NCBI GenBank assembly: GCA_030390025.1 | Contig: CM059432.1 | Coordinates: 149,608,001 to 149,672,000 of the forward strand | Reading direction: 5' to 3' | DNA: 64,000 nucleotides | DNA from: Squalus acanthias | Taxonomy: Eukaryota | In this document: piece by piece, positions 1-12,578 of the stretch | Layout: every line of letters begins with the position of its first letter | Numbering within the stretch: the stretch's first letter is position 1 | Made by a program: the position numbers and the translations under genes | The notes under the pieces: model-generated | What the model was told of the DNA's origin: nothing | What the model saw: only the letters and a program-made list of their open reading frames with translations | Database searches by the model: none

Positions 1-95
1 TGTGATTTCAAATAAAGCTGTTGGACTATAACCTGGTGTTGTGCGACTTCTCACTTTTGTCCACCCCAGTCCAACACCGGCATCTCCGCATCATG
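1..95 (+). mobile_element. 3' end of a shark interspersed repeat (probably a Penelope-associated terminus), cut by the window edge
   Basis: caaataaagctgttggactataacctggtgttgtg...cagtccaacaccggcatctcc resembles a common elasmobranch repeat tail (from memory). Confidence 0.45.
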
Positions 96-3000
96 ATATG
101 GACATGGTACTGGTACTGCAGCTCAGGCCTCAAGACATGTGTGACTGCTTCAGGAAGGTGTTTATTCCAGACTCTACCTCATTAGGGTTGGATTAGAGGC
201 TGAAGGGAAATTTTCAGAGTCTACAGTAAAGTAACTGGTCTCATCCATCTCAAATTCTACACAGGGAAGCACCAGAGGGGACAAGTTGGGCACATGTATT
301 CCTGCAGTCTAAAGTACAGCCCTTCTGAAAGCCTACGCATTCACAAAACACTCCAACTACAGTCTTTTGCTGTAGATTTCCACAATTAATTTATTTTCAC
401 TGCAAGAAAGTTCTCGGATACCAGAAACAACTGGAAGAAATCCTCGGTCCGTTACATTTTTAGCTTTGATTCCATTAACGAACATTACATTTTATTTTGT
501 CGTGAAAAATAGAAAAATATTCAAGACTTTTGATACCTGCAGAAGAAAAAGAAAAGCAAAAAGAGGGAATGTTCTGTGGGTTTCTGAAAAAAAATAATTC
601 AGTTGAATGCTATCTGAACTCAATGTCTGAACAGCCGAACATGATATTGGGATCATTTATCGAATTGAATGTATAAATTACCCCTATTTATCTCGTGTAT
701 TCCCAAAACGCAGGTTGCAATTCAGTCTGTTTCATTATAAAAAGAAAAGTATATTTTCCCAATGACTGTTTGTCTAGCAGAATTGCCCAAGGTCTAATTA
801 GCTCAGATGATTGATATCATGCTGTGAGTGGAACGATGCTGTAATGGAGACTGATACATACAGGTACAATCTTGTCAGCATGAATTGACTGAATTCTAAG
901 AAGGAACACAAGTTAGAACAAAAACAGACATTCCCAACAGCCAATAGCAGCACACCAAAAAGAAAGACTTGCACTCACATTGCTCCTTCACATCTCTTGA
1001 GAAACATCCAAAGGGCATCTCGTAAATTAACTTTTTGTAATGTAGACAAAAATGGTAGCCAATTTGTACAAAGCAAGATCCCATGTTGTCAAATAGGCAA
1101 ATACGGCAGCTAATGTGCGCTGGGTCTTTTTTGCTTTTATAAATCCTCCTTAAACCACATGAATCAGAAGGGTTGGGTTCAGGCCACACTCCAGACGAGT
1201 GGAGCCTGATCACTGACTCTGAATACTGGATTAATATCCAGCGGCAGTATTTGCATCTGAGGGATGCAGGCGCCCCCCCCACCCCCGGCATCGTAAAGGG
1301 TAGGTGGGGTTATTTAGCCTTGGTTACCGGCCACCTAGGAGAAGGTATTTCGAAGATAAAAACCGTGAGACAAGGAATGGGAAACCACCTCCGCTACTGT
1401 TCCCCAGTGAGTGGCTCAAGAATCTCATGTATGAGATGAGTTAGGACCTGCCTCTAGGGCAGAACACAACAGACAGATGAACAGTGATAGTAATGGGGCT
1501 GTTCAAGCCACTGTGAACTTCGAATTTGACATTTACTTTAACTAAATTCCACTGGATAATGAACAATCAGCACATCTGCAATAACATTCATGAGAATGGG
1601 GGATGTGGACTGGCAAACACTTCAAAGAAAAATCACTCTGATTAATATTTACTTAACGTATAAAATTGGGTCTTTGATTCAAAGTATTTTGTCCCATTTG
1701 TTGTTTTCTTCTTGGGGGGTTGGGGAGGGATGGGGGGAGAAATGGCTGTTTTCTTTTCCTCGATTTTGCTTTCCTGAATTCTCCTTAAACCATTCAGCGC
1801 GATCAGACCGGCTCTCTCATTGTTACAGAACCAGGGCTGCCACTTCTCTATCATTCATGTTACACTATCGCACAAAGTCCAAATGACCCCCGTAGAGTTA
1901 ACACACCGTAAAGCTTTATCTTTTGTAATCATTAAAAGAATTCCTCGCCCAAGGTAAGGGTAAAGAACTAACAGAATCAAATGAAGAGAGGATCGGAGGA
2001 GATATTTACAAGGCTGTAAAACGCCTGTGAAATTTCTGTAAAAATGGAACATGATCCAGCAGTCTGTCGACTCTGGATCTATTCTCTCTGACCTGGGTAA
2101 CAGAATTATTTAACTCAGATTAAAAGATGCAAAGTCACTTAAAAAAATATTTTCTTATTTACCTATTAACTGTTTAAGAAGGCTCAGATTAGAATTCTCA
2201 AGCTTCAACGGTGAAAAAAATAAAAGAAAATGAGCAACTTTTTGTTTGGACTAGCACAGAATAATCTCACAACATAATTATAATATGACTGTTTAATCAT
2301 AAACATTTACCTTTAATTGATGATGAATATTTGATTTTAGATAAGTGCAATATTTTTTTTCTTAACCCTTAGACATCTGGGTAAGTTCTAGAGAAATGAC
2401 CGTCTCCCTGGGCTGGCCAGTTCCTTAAGTTTTCAGCTCATACATTGTGATGGTGAAGCATACAGTAAATTATACAATCAAAGCTACTAAGCTGTCAGGA
2501 GTTGTCTTATTATGTACATCCTACAAAAATAATCACAAAAAAAACACCTTCAAATGAAAATGTAAACACTTGAATTCTGCTTAACCTGTTCTCTCGCTCC
2601 TATTTTCATTCTTTCAATGAAATTAGTAAATGTAATTAATTTTAGCTCTTTTCTAGCTTTAACCCTTTTAATATCTACTTTTTTCACCTGGTTCCGACTC
2701 TTCATTTTGGAAATGGGAGTTCCAAAAAGGTGGATTTTCATTGGCTGTAAGCAGGCTTTAAAGACAGGTTTTGCAGCCAATGAGACGGCCCTAAGTCTTG
2801 ACTAGACGGCCTCGGTTGTGTCAAACACAGGGTCAGTTCGACCTCTGATGTACAAAAGGGCATCGAACCAGGAGTAGGGTCTGCCAAATAAATCTACTTA
2901 ATAGCGCCTCCCACAGCCCAGATGCATGTCGATGAGCGAGATCGTCCAACAGCACTGTGGCTGGTTTGGCTAAAATGAGGCTGCTTCTTTTTAAATATGT

Positions 3001-4286
3001 ATGTTTTTCATCTGCTGCCTTGATTGGGCTTCATTTAAGTCGAGGGCAGTTGAGTAGCCTGCTCGCTCCTTGGCCTCTATCAGTGCCACTCTGAATCTGA
3101 CTGCTCGGAGGTATCTGAGGACTGTTTGGGGGATCTCTCCGATTGTTTTAGAAAGTGCCTGACCTCCACTGTTTCCACTCAGCAACACGGCTGAGATCAG
3201 ACACTCATCACCTGAGGGAAACTTATTTATGGTCATGTAGATTTTTATAATGGTCCGCAGGCAATCAGCATCTTGATTTATACCGATCCAGATATAATAT
3301 TTGGAGAGAATAAAAACTTAAAGGATTTGTGTCTGCATTTATGTCTAATTGATAATGGACTACATTCAACCAACCATACCAAAATGCCCAACATCACCAG
3401 ATCCAATAACAAACACATGTCTTGTGGTGCCTCATCTTTTATGGAAGCACTTCAAGCTTTTGTCACAGAGGTGGTCGCCAGCTTTCTTCTCTGGTTAAGG
3501 TGCCGTAAGTCACAGAGACATCAATTTCGATAAGAATGCCTTCAAAAACTGCGAGCCGCTGTGAATAACAATTGATTTTTTTCCTTTGCCATAAAACTCT
3601 TTAAAAAATGTATAGGATGATGTAAAATATAATTCGCATTCAGATGAGAAGCTGATTTTCTTGGTCGACTAAAATGGACAATTATTATGTTGCTGGACTT
3701 TAATATTCTGGAGCATGTCCCAAGTAGATGTGTTCCAAAACAAATGTGTGATCCCGGGAGCTGTTCAGACACCGAGGAGGCAAACGATTTTGGGGGTTAA
3801 ACCACAACTTACTTTAGCCGAGAAACTATATGATAGTCACATGATAACACAACCAGTAAACGTGATGCAGGAACAGCTGTCGTTTGAAAACACACAGTAC
3901 AGCACAAACTCCATGAAAACACACGCAGGTTAAAAAAAAATCCATCCCTGTACTGGATGCCCAATAACGTGTAAATGGACAATAACGACGTTTAAACTGT
4001 CCTTGCCATTGTTAGGTTTTATAGGGCTAGGATAGTACCAAACCCTTTACAACTGCAGATAATACTGAACTCTCTCTCTAAGCGGGGAGAGGAATGCCAA
4101 GATTTTCAGCATATCTGGGTTTTGTGAAGCATTTCTGAACTCCTTCATTATTTCGACACACTCTTTTGATAGTCTGACTGTCCTCAATGGACCACAAGAC
4201 AGTTCACCGTTGCTGATAATGTGAGACAAGGATGGCAAGTACCACAGTAAGTAACATCACCTTCACTACACAGACTCGGTGTAACA

Positions 4287-4385
4287 TCAGATATTGACAA
4301 GGATATCAAGTGGCACAAAACCCTTCTTCTTCCCGCTGCGCACCTTAATGAAGCCATTAATCTCTTCACCCTTGTCCACACAGAT
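4287..4385 (-). CDS. STAC: STAC-family protein, terminal coding exon (end of SH3-2 and stop)
   Basis: Acceptor ccctctgtttgcag, then ICVDKGEEINGFIKVRSGKKKGFVPLDILVNI*TGA. Matches the STAC C-terminal pattern QICV...GFI.V.SGKK.G..P.D.L..I. Confidence 0.96.
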   Translation of the reverse strand: MCVDKGEEINGFIKVRSGKKKGFVPLDILVNI

Positions 4386-4687
4386 CTGCAAACAGAGGGA
4401 AGCGTTTAGTAGCGAGCTGCACGAGATTCACGTGGCAACATTAAAACTAGCAGCAATACTCCAGAAGCTAATTCTCATGAGCTGTGACTGCACACGTGGC
4501 AGCCAGTTTTAATGCAAATTAATTCCGTCTGTCTTATTTCAGATGGGGACATGCGATAAAATCAAAGTCTACTCACATGCTCTGATGAAACTGCGAGTGA
4601 TTTTTAACCGCACCGCTTGTGCGGGGACATGGTGGAGCAGAACGCCCGCCCGCCCTTTATACAACCCGCCTGATTTTTAGAGTCACG

Positions 4688-5532
4688 GGGCTCAAATTTC
4701 ACCGGCCCTGTGGAGGCGGGTTTGGAGGCGGGAGTGGTGTGAAAATAGCAGATTCGGGGGTCCCGAACCCATCCCGCCCCCAACCCGCCTCCATGCCAGT
4801 TTCCCAGGAGGCAGGTACCCGACCTGTGCTGGGACCCGCCTCCCCGAGGTGGGAAGGGGATTAGTGCCAATAAACTGCCTGTTAACAGGTAGTTAACAGG
4901 CAGTTTTTTGCCTAATCCCTATTTTTAGCCCTGAAGTGTGGGCTTCCCGACAGGTCCAAACCACGCTGATTTAGCAAGGCGGACCGTCGGTCTGGAGGGC
5001 TTGGAGGGGTCGAGATGTCCGGTGTGCAGGTGAGTGATGGGTGCATGAGTGCAGAGGTAAGTGTGTTTGGTGTGTGTAAAGTGTTTTAAGAGCTTTTACT
5101 TACCTTAACTTTGTCCTGCAGGCTAGCTTCCTTAAGGTGTCGGGAGTCCCTCACATCCACGGCACAGAAAGCAGAATGGCCGCGGAGCTGTCAAAAGCTG
5201 CAGTCTCTGCTTTCTGTGCTGGATTGATTTCTAACTGAGTCTCAGTACAGGGACTCACGTTAGAAATCATATTGTCAGTGTTTGACAGCTTCACAGAGCT
5301 GTCAAACGCTGAAATTTCATCTGTCAAAAGCTCTTGACAGATGAAATTTCAATGGCTGATGTCACCTGTATCCAAGGGACCCTTGATTGGCCTGCTGAGC
5401 CCGCTGGGCGGGCTTAACAAGGTCAATCAAGGAAAAATACAGTGGGTTGGCCACAAGTCGATGGAGGCGGGACTACAACCCAAAAAGTGGGAGTCCCGCC
5501 TCCATCACGTCCCCACTGACAAAATCCAGCCC
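4688..5532. mobile_element. Non-autonomous PIF/Harbinger-like element (MITE)
   Basis: Termini gggctcaaattt ... aaaatccagccc match the GGGC-N-ATTTT TIR type seen throughout the window. No clean TSD. Confidence 0.6.
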
Positions 5533-6087
5533 ATAGAGTTATACAGCACAGAAAGAGGCCCTTCGGCCCATTGTGTCCGCACCGGCCAACAAGCCCTGTC
5601 TATTCTAATCCCATTTTCCAGCACTTGGTCCGTAGCCTTGTATGCTGTGGCGTTTCAAGTGCTCATCTAAATGCTTCTTGAATGTTGTGAGGGTTCCTGC
5701 CTCTACCACCCTTTCAGGCAGTGAGTTCCAGATTCCAACCACCCTCTGGGTGAAAAAGTTTTTCCTCAAATCCCCTCTAAACCTCCTGCCCCTTACCTTG
5801 AAACTATGCCCCCTGGTTATTGACCCCTCTACTAAGGGAAAAGTTCCTTTCTATCTACCCTATCTATGCCCCTCATAATTTTGTACACCTCAATCAGGTC
5901 CCCCCTCAGCTTTCTCTGCTCTAAGGAAAACAACCCCAGCCTGTCCAGTCTCTCTTCATAGCTGAAGCGCTCCAGCCCAGGTAACATCCTGGTGAATCTC
6001 CTCTGCACCCTCTCCAATGCAATCACATCCCTCCTATAGTGTGGCGACCAGAACTGCACACAGTATTCCAGCTGTGGCCTAACTAGA
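5533..6087 (-). mobile_element. CR1 LINE 3' fragment
   Basis: Minus-strand [38 protein letters not shown]... (CR1 ORF2 C-terminus) plus 3' UTR. Confidence 0.9.
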
Positions 6088-6580
6088 TTTTTGTTCCATT
6101 GATTCACTTCTCCAGGTTACCATCCAGGCCATGAAGTCGAAAATTATCCCCCCAGTATCTTTGCAGGTGAATGTATTATTTAAACTTTTGTGTATATTGC
6201 AAAAGGTTATTAAACTTTTCAGTCAGATAAACCAACATTCAACGTTGCTATGGCGCAAGTGGCAGAAAATACATCGATGCATTTCCGTCATTTGAATATT
6301 GCCGGAAAATTGGAAAGCTATAAGAATGGGAGTGGGGCCTCCAGCAGAATGGGCCCGATATATTTCCCTCCACGGTTCTTTTTCAGTTTGTTATAACATA
6401 CTCTTTAGAACCTGAGGATTCACGCAGTGGTTTCGTGAACCAGGATATTAAGCCCATATCTAAGGCCAGCCACAAGCCAAAAAAATGGAGCTGGTCATCT
6501 CTTTCAAATACATACGCAGAGATGAGTTGCTCCAAACAGAAACAGGCAGATGCTTATCCTGGGAAAGTTAACACAACCAT

Positions 6581-6870
6581 TATAAGAACATAAGAAGTAA
6601 GAGCAGGAGTAGGCCATACGGCCCCTCGAGCCTGCTCCGCCACACGGCCCCTCGAGCCTGCTCCGCCACACGGCCCCTCGAGCCTGCTCCGCCACTCGGC
6701 CTCTCGAGCCTGCTCCGCCATACGGCCCCTCGAGCCTGCTCCGCCACACGGCCCCTCGAGCCTGCTCCGCCACTCAATAAGATCATGGCTGATCATCGAC
6801 CTCAACTCCACTTTCCCACCTGATCTCCATATCCCTTGATTCCCCTAGAGTCCAAATCTCAGCCTTGATT
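6581..6870 (-). mobile_element. CR1 LINE 3' end with tandemly amplified 26-bp unit
   Basis: taagaaca tail repeats and CR1 3' UTR; about 6 copies of ggcggagcaggctcgaggggccgtgt at ~6617-6772. Confidence 0.85.
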
Positions 6871-6941
6871 ATACAGGCTGCATTTTCATCGGCTCCTGCG
6901 AAATATTTGCTGTGCCATTTACAGAACAGTCCATACACATT

Positions 6942-7520
6942 GGGCAGAATTTTCATTGACCCGTGGAGATGGGTTTGGAGGCGTGTGGGGGGTTAAAATT
7001 GCGAAAACTGGCGGGCGGGCACAAGCCCGCCTCCACGCAATTTTCATTAAATCGTGTCTGCTGGTCCCGACTCCGTCCCGCCTCCAAGAGGCGGGATAGG
7101 CTGTTAAGGGGAGGGAGGGAGGGAAGGAAGGGAGGGAGGGAGGGAGAAAGGGAGGAAGGAGGAAGGAAGAAAGGAAGGAAGGAAGGAAGGAGGAGATGAT
7201 GATGATGATGATGATGATATATCTGGGAGTGGTGGTACAAAAATATCTGGGAGCAGACTTAGGGCTGCTGCTGCTCAGTTTGCCTCCAGGTCCTCTCACA
7301 GCAAAGGCCAGGCAGTCTTTGCAGACCTTCAATGACGACATCATCAGAAGCGACTTTCAGACTGAAAACACTAATTGGTTCATGGGTTCCCACATGCTGG
7401 AACTCAATTGCCCAATTAGGTGAAAATCGCATCAATCTCCCACATCCAATTGCAGTCGGGTGGATAACACGAAAAGTGGATGACACGACCCCAGCCCGCC
7501 TCAGTATCAAAATCCAGCCC
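6942..7520. mobile_element. PIF/Harbinger MITE with internal (GGAR)n/(GAT)n microsatellite
   Basis: TIRs gggcagaatttt / aaaatccagccc; 3-bp TSD att at 6939-6941 and 7521-7523; homologous copy in opposite orientation at 48653-49000. Confidence 0.85.
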
Positions 7521-8090
7521 ATTCTGTCCAATACACTCAGAACCTGAGGGGAAACAATCCTCTTTTGGGAAAGTGAATGAATTTGGAGGACCTCATCAGT
7601 GGTGTATCTGCAATTTCCTGCAGCCAGTTGGATATGGTGGACTGTGAGGTGACAACGCAGTCAGTCACTGCAGATAACCGGGGATGAGTCTGTGGTGTAA
7701 AAGTTTAGTGCTGCCATTAGTTGGTAATCAAACAGAGTTAGTCATGGGTTAATATGTAGCTGATAATGTCCACCAGCCGGTATGGTTCCGAGGTGAAAAT
7801 GACACAAATGCTCCTATCCTGTCAGTGCCAAGCAACTTATCCTTGGCCTGAGAATTTGATGATTCCTTGTCTCAGAGTCTCTTTCTCTTGTATCAGTTCC
7901 CTTTCTGCTGTCACAGAAATATAAGCTTTGCTCACTACCAGTGACAATCCACTATAGCAGTATTTAATCCTCTGTGTTGACATAAAGTTGGGATAATTTC
8001 AGCAAAGGTAGAACTAACATTAAGTGAATTTATCCAGGCCAGATCCATTCCAATTTACCCGGGCCAGATCCATTCTCAACCCAATTTCAG

Positions 8091-8760
8091 TGGGTTGAGA
8101 ACAGATCTGGCCCGGGTAAGTTGGAATCAAAGATTGGCAGGCAAAACTGTAATCGAACAATGGGCTGCTTTTAAAGAGGAGATGGTTCGGATACAATCGA
8201 GGTACATTCTCAAGAGGGGGAAAGGTAGGGCAACCAAAGTCAGAGCTCCCTGGATGACGAAAGAGATAGAGAGTAAGATTAAGCAAAAAAAGTATGACAG
8301 ATGTCAGGTTGAGATTACAAGTGAGAACCAGGCTGAATATAACTAGGGAAAAAGTAGAATATGAAAGAAAACTAGCAAGAAATATAAAAGCAGATTGTAA
8401 GAGTTTCTACAAGTATGTAAAAAGGAAAAGAGTAGCAAAAGTAAATGTTGGTCCCTTAGAGGCTGATACAGGAGAAATTATTATGGGGAATAAGGAAATG
8501 GCAGAAATGTTAAACAAATATTTTGTATCTGTCTTCACAGTAGAAAACACAAAAAGCATTCCAAAAATGGTGGGGAACCAAGGGTCTAATGAGGGTGAGG
8601 AACTTAACGTAATTAATATAAGTAGAGAAAAAGTACTAGAGAAACTAATGGGACTAAAAGCCGACAAATCCCCTGGACCTGACGGCCTACATGCTAGGGT
8701 TCTCAAAGAGGTGGCTGAAGAGGTTTTGATCTTCCAAAATTCCCTAGATTCTGGAGAGGT
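8091..8760 (+). mobile_element. CR1 ORF2 internal fragment (EN-RT linker, start of RT) with internal deletions
   Basis: ...KSFYKYVKRKRVAKVNVGPL...KSPGPDGLHARVLKE, homologous to the N-terminal part of the 46557-48278 ORF. Confidence 0.88.
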
Positions 8761-9722
8761 CCTGGATAAAATTTCTGCCCTTTTATCCCAGACGAATAAT
8801 GAGGCAGATCCACTGCCCAGTTAATGTGGAATTTGAAAGGACTTGTCCTGTAACGATTAGGAAATGATCCATTAATTACATTACCACAACCATAATGACC
8901 TTTAAGTAAGGCTTCATTTACTGTTGTTTTATTTACATGCTATAGCTGTGATATGGCTGAATAGGGCTGATTTTCCAAATGCTTGGAGCCTCCCCCACTG
9001 GGAGCACATGTTGGGAAATCGCTCCACAGTTTTCTGGATGGAAATGGTTGGAGCTCGCTCGGATTTCTCGATATGTTGCCTCGGCGGGCGAGACTCGTGC
9101 TGGGAGGATAGGTTTGGACAGTCACCCCCTAAGTGATCATCAGTGTCAATCAATGTGCCTGTTGGGTCGTCATGTACTTTAACCTTGGCGGTGACGGCAG
9201 TGTGAACTTTGGTGGGCAAACTATTGTTGATGGAAAAGAGTTTCGACTGCAATGCAATTAGTGCGGGAATGATTGCTGAGGACAGGTGACTGCAGGCATT
9301 CTTTCCTCTAAGTTATATGGGTTGACATGCACTGCCTGGGGTCGATTTTGACTGCCTTCGCCTAACGTTAATGGGGCAGGAATGGCCTGAAAATGGGGTT
9401 GGTAGCCTTATCACTCCATTAACACCCGAAAGGTGGCCGGCTCCACTTTGAAAGTAGCTGAACACTGGGTGGCCAAAGCGCTCGTCTGTTTCAGGCGACT
9501 GACCCCTTTTAACATGGAAATCGGGGTCTTTTGACGTAAATAGGACCCAGATTGTCATTGTGGCTCAAAACTGGTTGGAGCCTGTGCAGCTTCTACTGTT
9601 TCACCAAGAGGCAGAATCCTATTACGATAGCAAAATACTGCGGATGCTGGAAATCTGAAATAACAACAGAAAACGCTGGAAAAACTCAGCAGGCCAGGCA
9701 GCATCCGTGGAGAGAGAAACAG

Positions 9723-9759
9723 AGTTAACGTTTCAGGTCGAAGACCTTTCGTCAGAACT
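9723..9759 (-). ncRNA. Minimal type I hammerhead ribozyme motif
   Basis: Minus strand: agtt CUGACGA a aggtc-ttc-gacct GAAA cgUU aact. Conserved core, stem II, stem I (agtt/aact) and palindromic stem III as in Penelope HHRs. Confidence 0.7.
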
Positions 9760-9862
9760 GGAAAAAAGCAGGAAAAAAAACAGGAAACAGGAATAGTGTC
9801 TTACGGGTTGAAGGAGGGTACAGGACAAATATAATGTTAAAAATTTTTTCCTGCTTTTTTCC

Positions 9863-9899
9863 AGTTCTGAAGAAAGGTCTTCGACCTGAAACGTTAACT
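9863..9899 (+). ncRNA. Minimal type I hammerhead ribozyme motif
   Basis: agtt CUGAAGA a aggtc-ttc-gacct GAAA cgUU aact. Confidence 0.7.
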
Positions 9900-10188
9900 C
9901 TGTTTCTCTCTCCACGGATGCTGCCTGGCTGCTGAGTTTTTCCAGCATTTTCTGTTGTTATGGCAGAATCCTATTGTTTGTTTCTATTAGTTCCCATGTG
10001 GGAGATCCATGGCAGGATTTTTGTGGATTCACTGGAAACAGGAATAGTGTCTTACGGGTTGAAGGAGGGTACAGCACAAATATAATGTTAAAATTTGCTA
10101 AAGGTACAAAATTAGAGGGGTTACAAAATAGCAAAGCACAACATGACCAAGCATAGAGGGATGTGGATTAAATGGGGGATTGGGCTGA

Positions 10189-10256
10189 CAACAACAATTT
10201 GCATTGATATAGCACCTGTAACGCAGTAAAACGTCCAAAGGCGCTGCACAAGAGCT
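10189..10256 (-). mobile_element. Short L2 LINE 3' tail
   Basis: Reverse complement of ...aggtgctatatcaatgcaaattgttgttg, like the L2 tails at 23235 and ~31500. Confidence 0.55.
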
Positions 10257-10639
10257 GACAATCTATTGATGGATATTTTCTGCTGTTGGAAGGAGCGGTG
10301 GAGCAGTCTATGTAATAGACTGTAGCACAGGATCGCGATACATCCATTTTACAGGCGTGAAATGGGCGCCTGAGGTTCCAAGATGGCGGACTGCGTGTGG
10401 GGTGATCATTCCGTGCCCGAAGTCTGCCGCCTGCCCTGGTGGTAAAGGCTCCTCCGTAGGCCTCCAGGGGGCATGCCAATGTTGCCTGTAATTTTTTTTT
10501 GGTGGGCGGGCCCATTGAATTTTTTGCTCATGCCCGGTTATTTCCAACGTAAAGCTGGTGAGCGGCACTGCGAGGGACCTACAGACTGCTGCAGACAGCT
10601 TAGTGGGATCATTGGTGCTCGCCTGAAACAGGCTTTAAG

Positions 10640-11106
10640 TGTCAGCTGTGGCTCAGTTGGTAGCACACTCGCCTCTGAGTCAGAAGGTTGTGGGTTCATA
10701 GTCCCACTCCAGGGACTTGAGCACATAAAGCTAGGTTGACACTCCAGTGCAGTGCTGAGGGAGTGCCGCACTGTCGGAGGTGCTGTCTTTCGGATGAGAC
10801 GTTAAACCGAGGCCCCGTCTGCTCTCTCAGGTGGATGTAAAAGATCCCATTGCACTATTTCGAAGAAGAGTGGGGGAGTTATCCTCGGTGTCATGGCCAA
10901 TATTTATCCCTCAACCAACATAACAAAAACAGATTATCTGATCATTATCACATTGCTGTTTGTGGGAGCTTGCTGTGTACAAATTGGCTGCCGCATTTCC
11001 CACATTACAACAGTGACTGCACTTCAAAAGTACTTCATTGGCTGTAAAGTGCTTTGAGACGTCTGGTGGTCGTGAAAGGCGCTATATAAATGCAAATCTT
11101 TCTTTT
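10640..11106 (+). mobile_element. tRNA-derived DeuSINE (SacSINE1/AmnSINE1-like), full length
   Basis: A box tggctcagttggtag, B-box region gggttca, Deu-like central domain, tail aaaggcgctatataaatgcaa(tctt)n; many copies in the window. Confidence 0.88.
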
Positions 11107-11444
11107 AGCATATGTAAATAGGGCCTAATGTCGGTTTATGGTCCCTTTGTGAAATTCGATTGCCAATGACCGCTGTGATCAGCAATCTCAGGTGCTCAGC
11201 AGCCAAACCTGTATTCTTTAAAGGGACTGCTGGAGGCCACCACCAGAAAGAATAGTTTTAATTTTTTTTACTTACCTTATTGTGGTGCCGGAAGGTACAG
11301 GAGTTCCCATCCTGGCTCCAAAATTAAATCCGTGGGCCTCTGCTCGCCCCCCCCCCCCCAGACTCTCCTTACCACCTTGTCTGGAATCCGAGCTGGCCAA
11401 TAGTGCTGCCCCTCAGGACCGGTGAGCTGTCTCAGGGACCGTGA

Positions 11445-11889
11445 CTGGATCAACTGAACTTGTATCCTCTGGAGTTCAGAAGAATGAGGGGGGATCTTAT
11501 AGAGACGTTTAAAATCCAGACTGGTTTAGACAAATTAGATGCGGGCAGAATGTTTCCAATGTTAGGGAAAACTAAAACCAGGGGTCACAGTCTAAGGATA
11601 AAGGGGAAGCCATTTAAGACTGAGATGAGGAGGAACTTCTTCACCCAGAGAGTGGTGAATCTGTGGAATTCTCTACCACAGAAGGTTGTTGAGGCCAGTT
11701 CGTTAAATATATTCAAAAGGGAGTTAGATATAATACTCACAACTAGGGGGATCAAGGGGTATGGCGAGAAAGCAGGAATGGGGTACTGAGGTAGCATGTT
11801 CAGCCATGAACGCATTAAATGGCGGTGCAGGCTCGAAGGACCGAATGGTCTACTCCTGCACCTATTTTCTATGTTTCTATGTTTCTATG
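11445..11889 (+). mobile_element. CR1 LINE 3' fragment
   Basis: LEFRRMRGDLIETFKI...RRNFFTQRVVNLWNSLP plus (ttctatgt)n tail. Confidence 0.9.
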
Positions 11890-12578
11890 GTGGTTGCAGC
11901 TCACCGGTAATAAACAAATGAGGCCGGCAGACCAGTCTGCCCTGGTCCTGCCACTGGCCTCTTTAGGCGCATGCGATGCAACCGGATCGCTGCCCGATTC
12001 AGGCACGATCCAATATATAGGCCAGTGTTTTTTGTTTACGTTGGGGAGTACTCTGATGTCTTTCCCAGATCTGTACATTTCCTGCATTCTTACTATGGAA
12101 AAGGGAAAGGACAGTGATTGAATGGAGGCGAGGGAAAACAAAACCATGGAAGGGCAGGCTGGAATTCCTGGAGCTTGCTGGATATCCTAGGTCATTCTCA
12201 TGAGGAATTCAAAACTCTTTGGAACTACTGATTGCAGGAAGCAGTGAAGCGGTTGAAAGGGAAAGAAACCACTGACTGAGTGTGGATGCTCTGGGAGACC
12301 AGGTGGGGAATGCTACTGTTGAACTTGTAGTGAGTTAGTCACATTTGGGTCTCTCAGTACAGAGACCCAAGATTATTCTGTCCACTTTGCTGATAGAATA
12401 AATTCAGAAATCATTTGCAACGAAACCGTGTCACTACCACCTACTCATGAATGCGCGCTTCCCTTAAAACGTCAAGCCACAATTTGACGAGAGGATAAGT
12501 TGGAGATGTTATTATGTGAACTTTATTTTCCCCCCCATTGTTAAGACAAAACCGAAGGGGCTTTTAGGCGCTAATTAC

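Larger units (their letters stand above)
9624..9961. mobile_element. Penelope-like insertion: inverted pair of pLTR-type termini around a spacer, 14-bp TSD
   Basis: Arms 9660-9780 and 9844-9961 are near-perfect reverse complements; ggcagaatcctatt is duplicated at 9610-9623 and 9962-9975; the arms match the terminus of the GIY-YIG-bearing element at 39326-39978. Confidence 0.85.

Noticed and set aside
896..1291. 131-aa Cys-rich minus-strand ORF with a gtgagt donor-like site at ~978
   Set aside because: No recognisable domain and no consistent acceptor or frame.
1150..1480. Possible old SINE or RTE-related remnant
   Set aside because: Only vague motif resemblance; family and boundaries cannot be supported without a search.
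10640..10710. tRNA genes at SINE heads
   Set aside because: A/B boxes continue directly into the SINE body; they are tRNA-derived heads, not tRNA genes.
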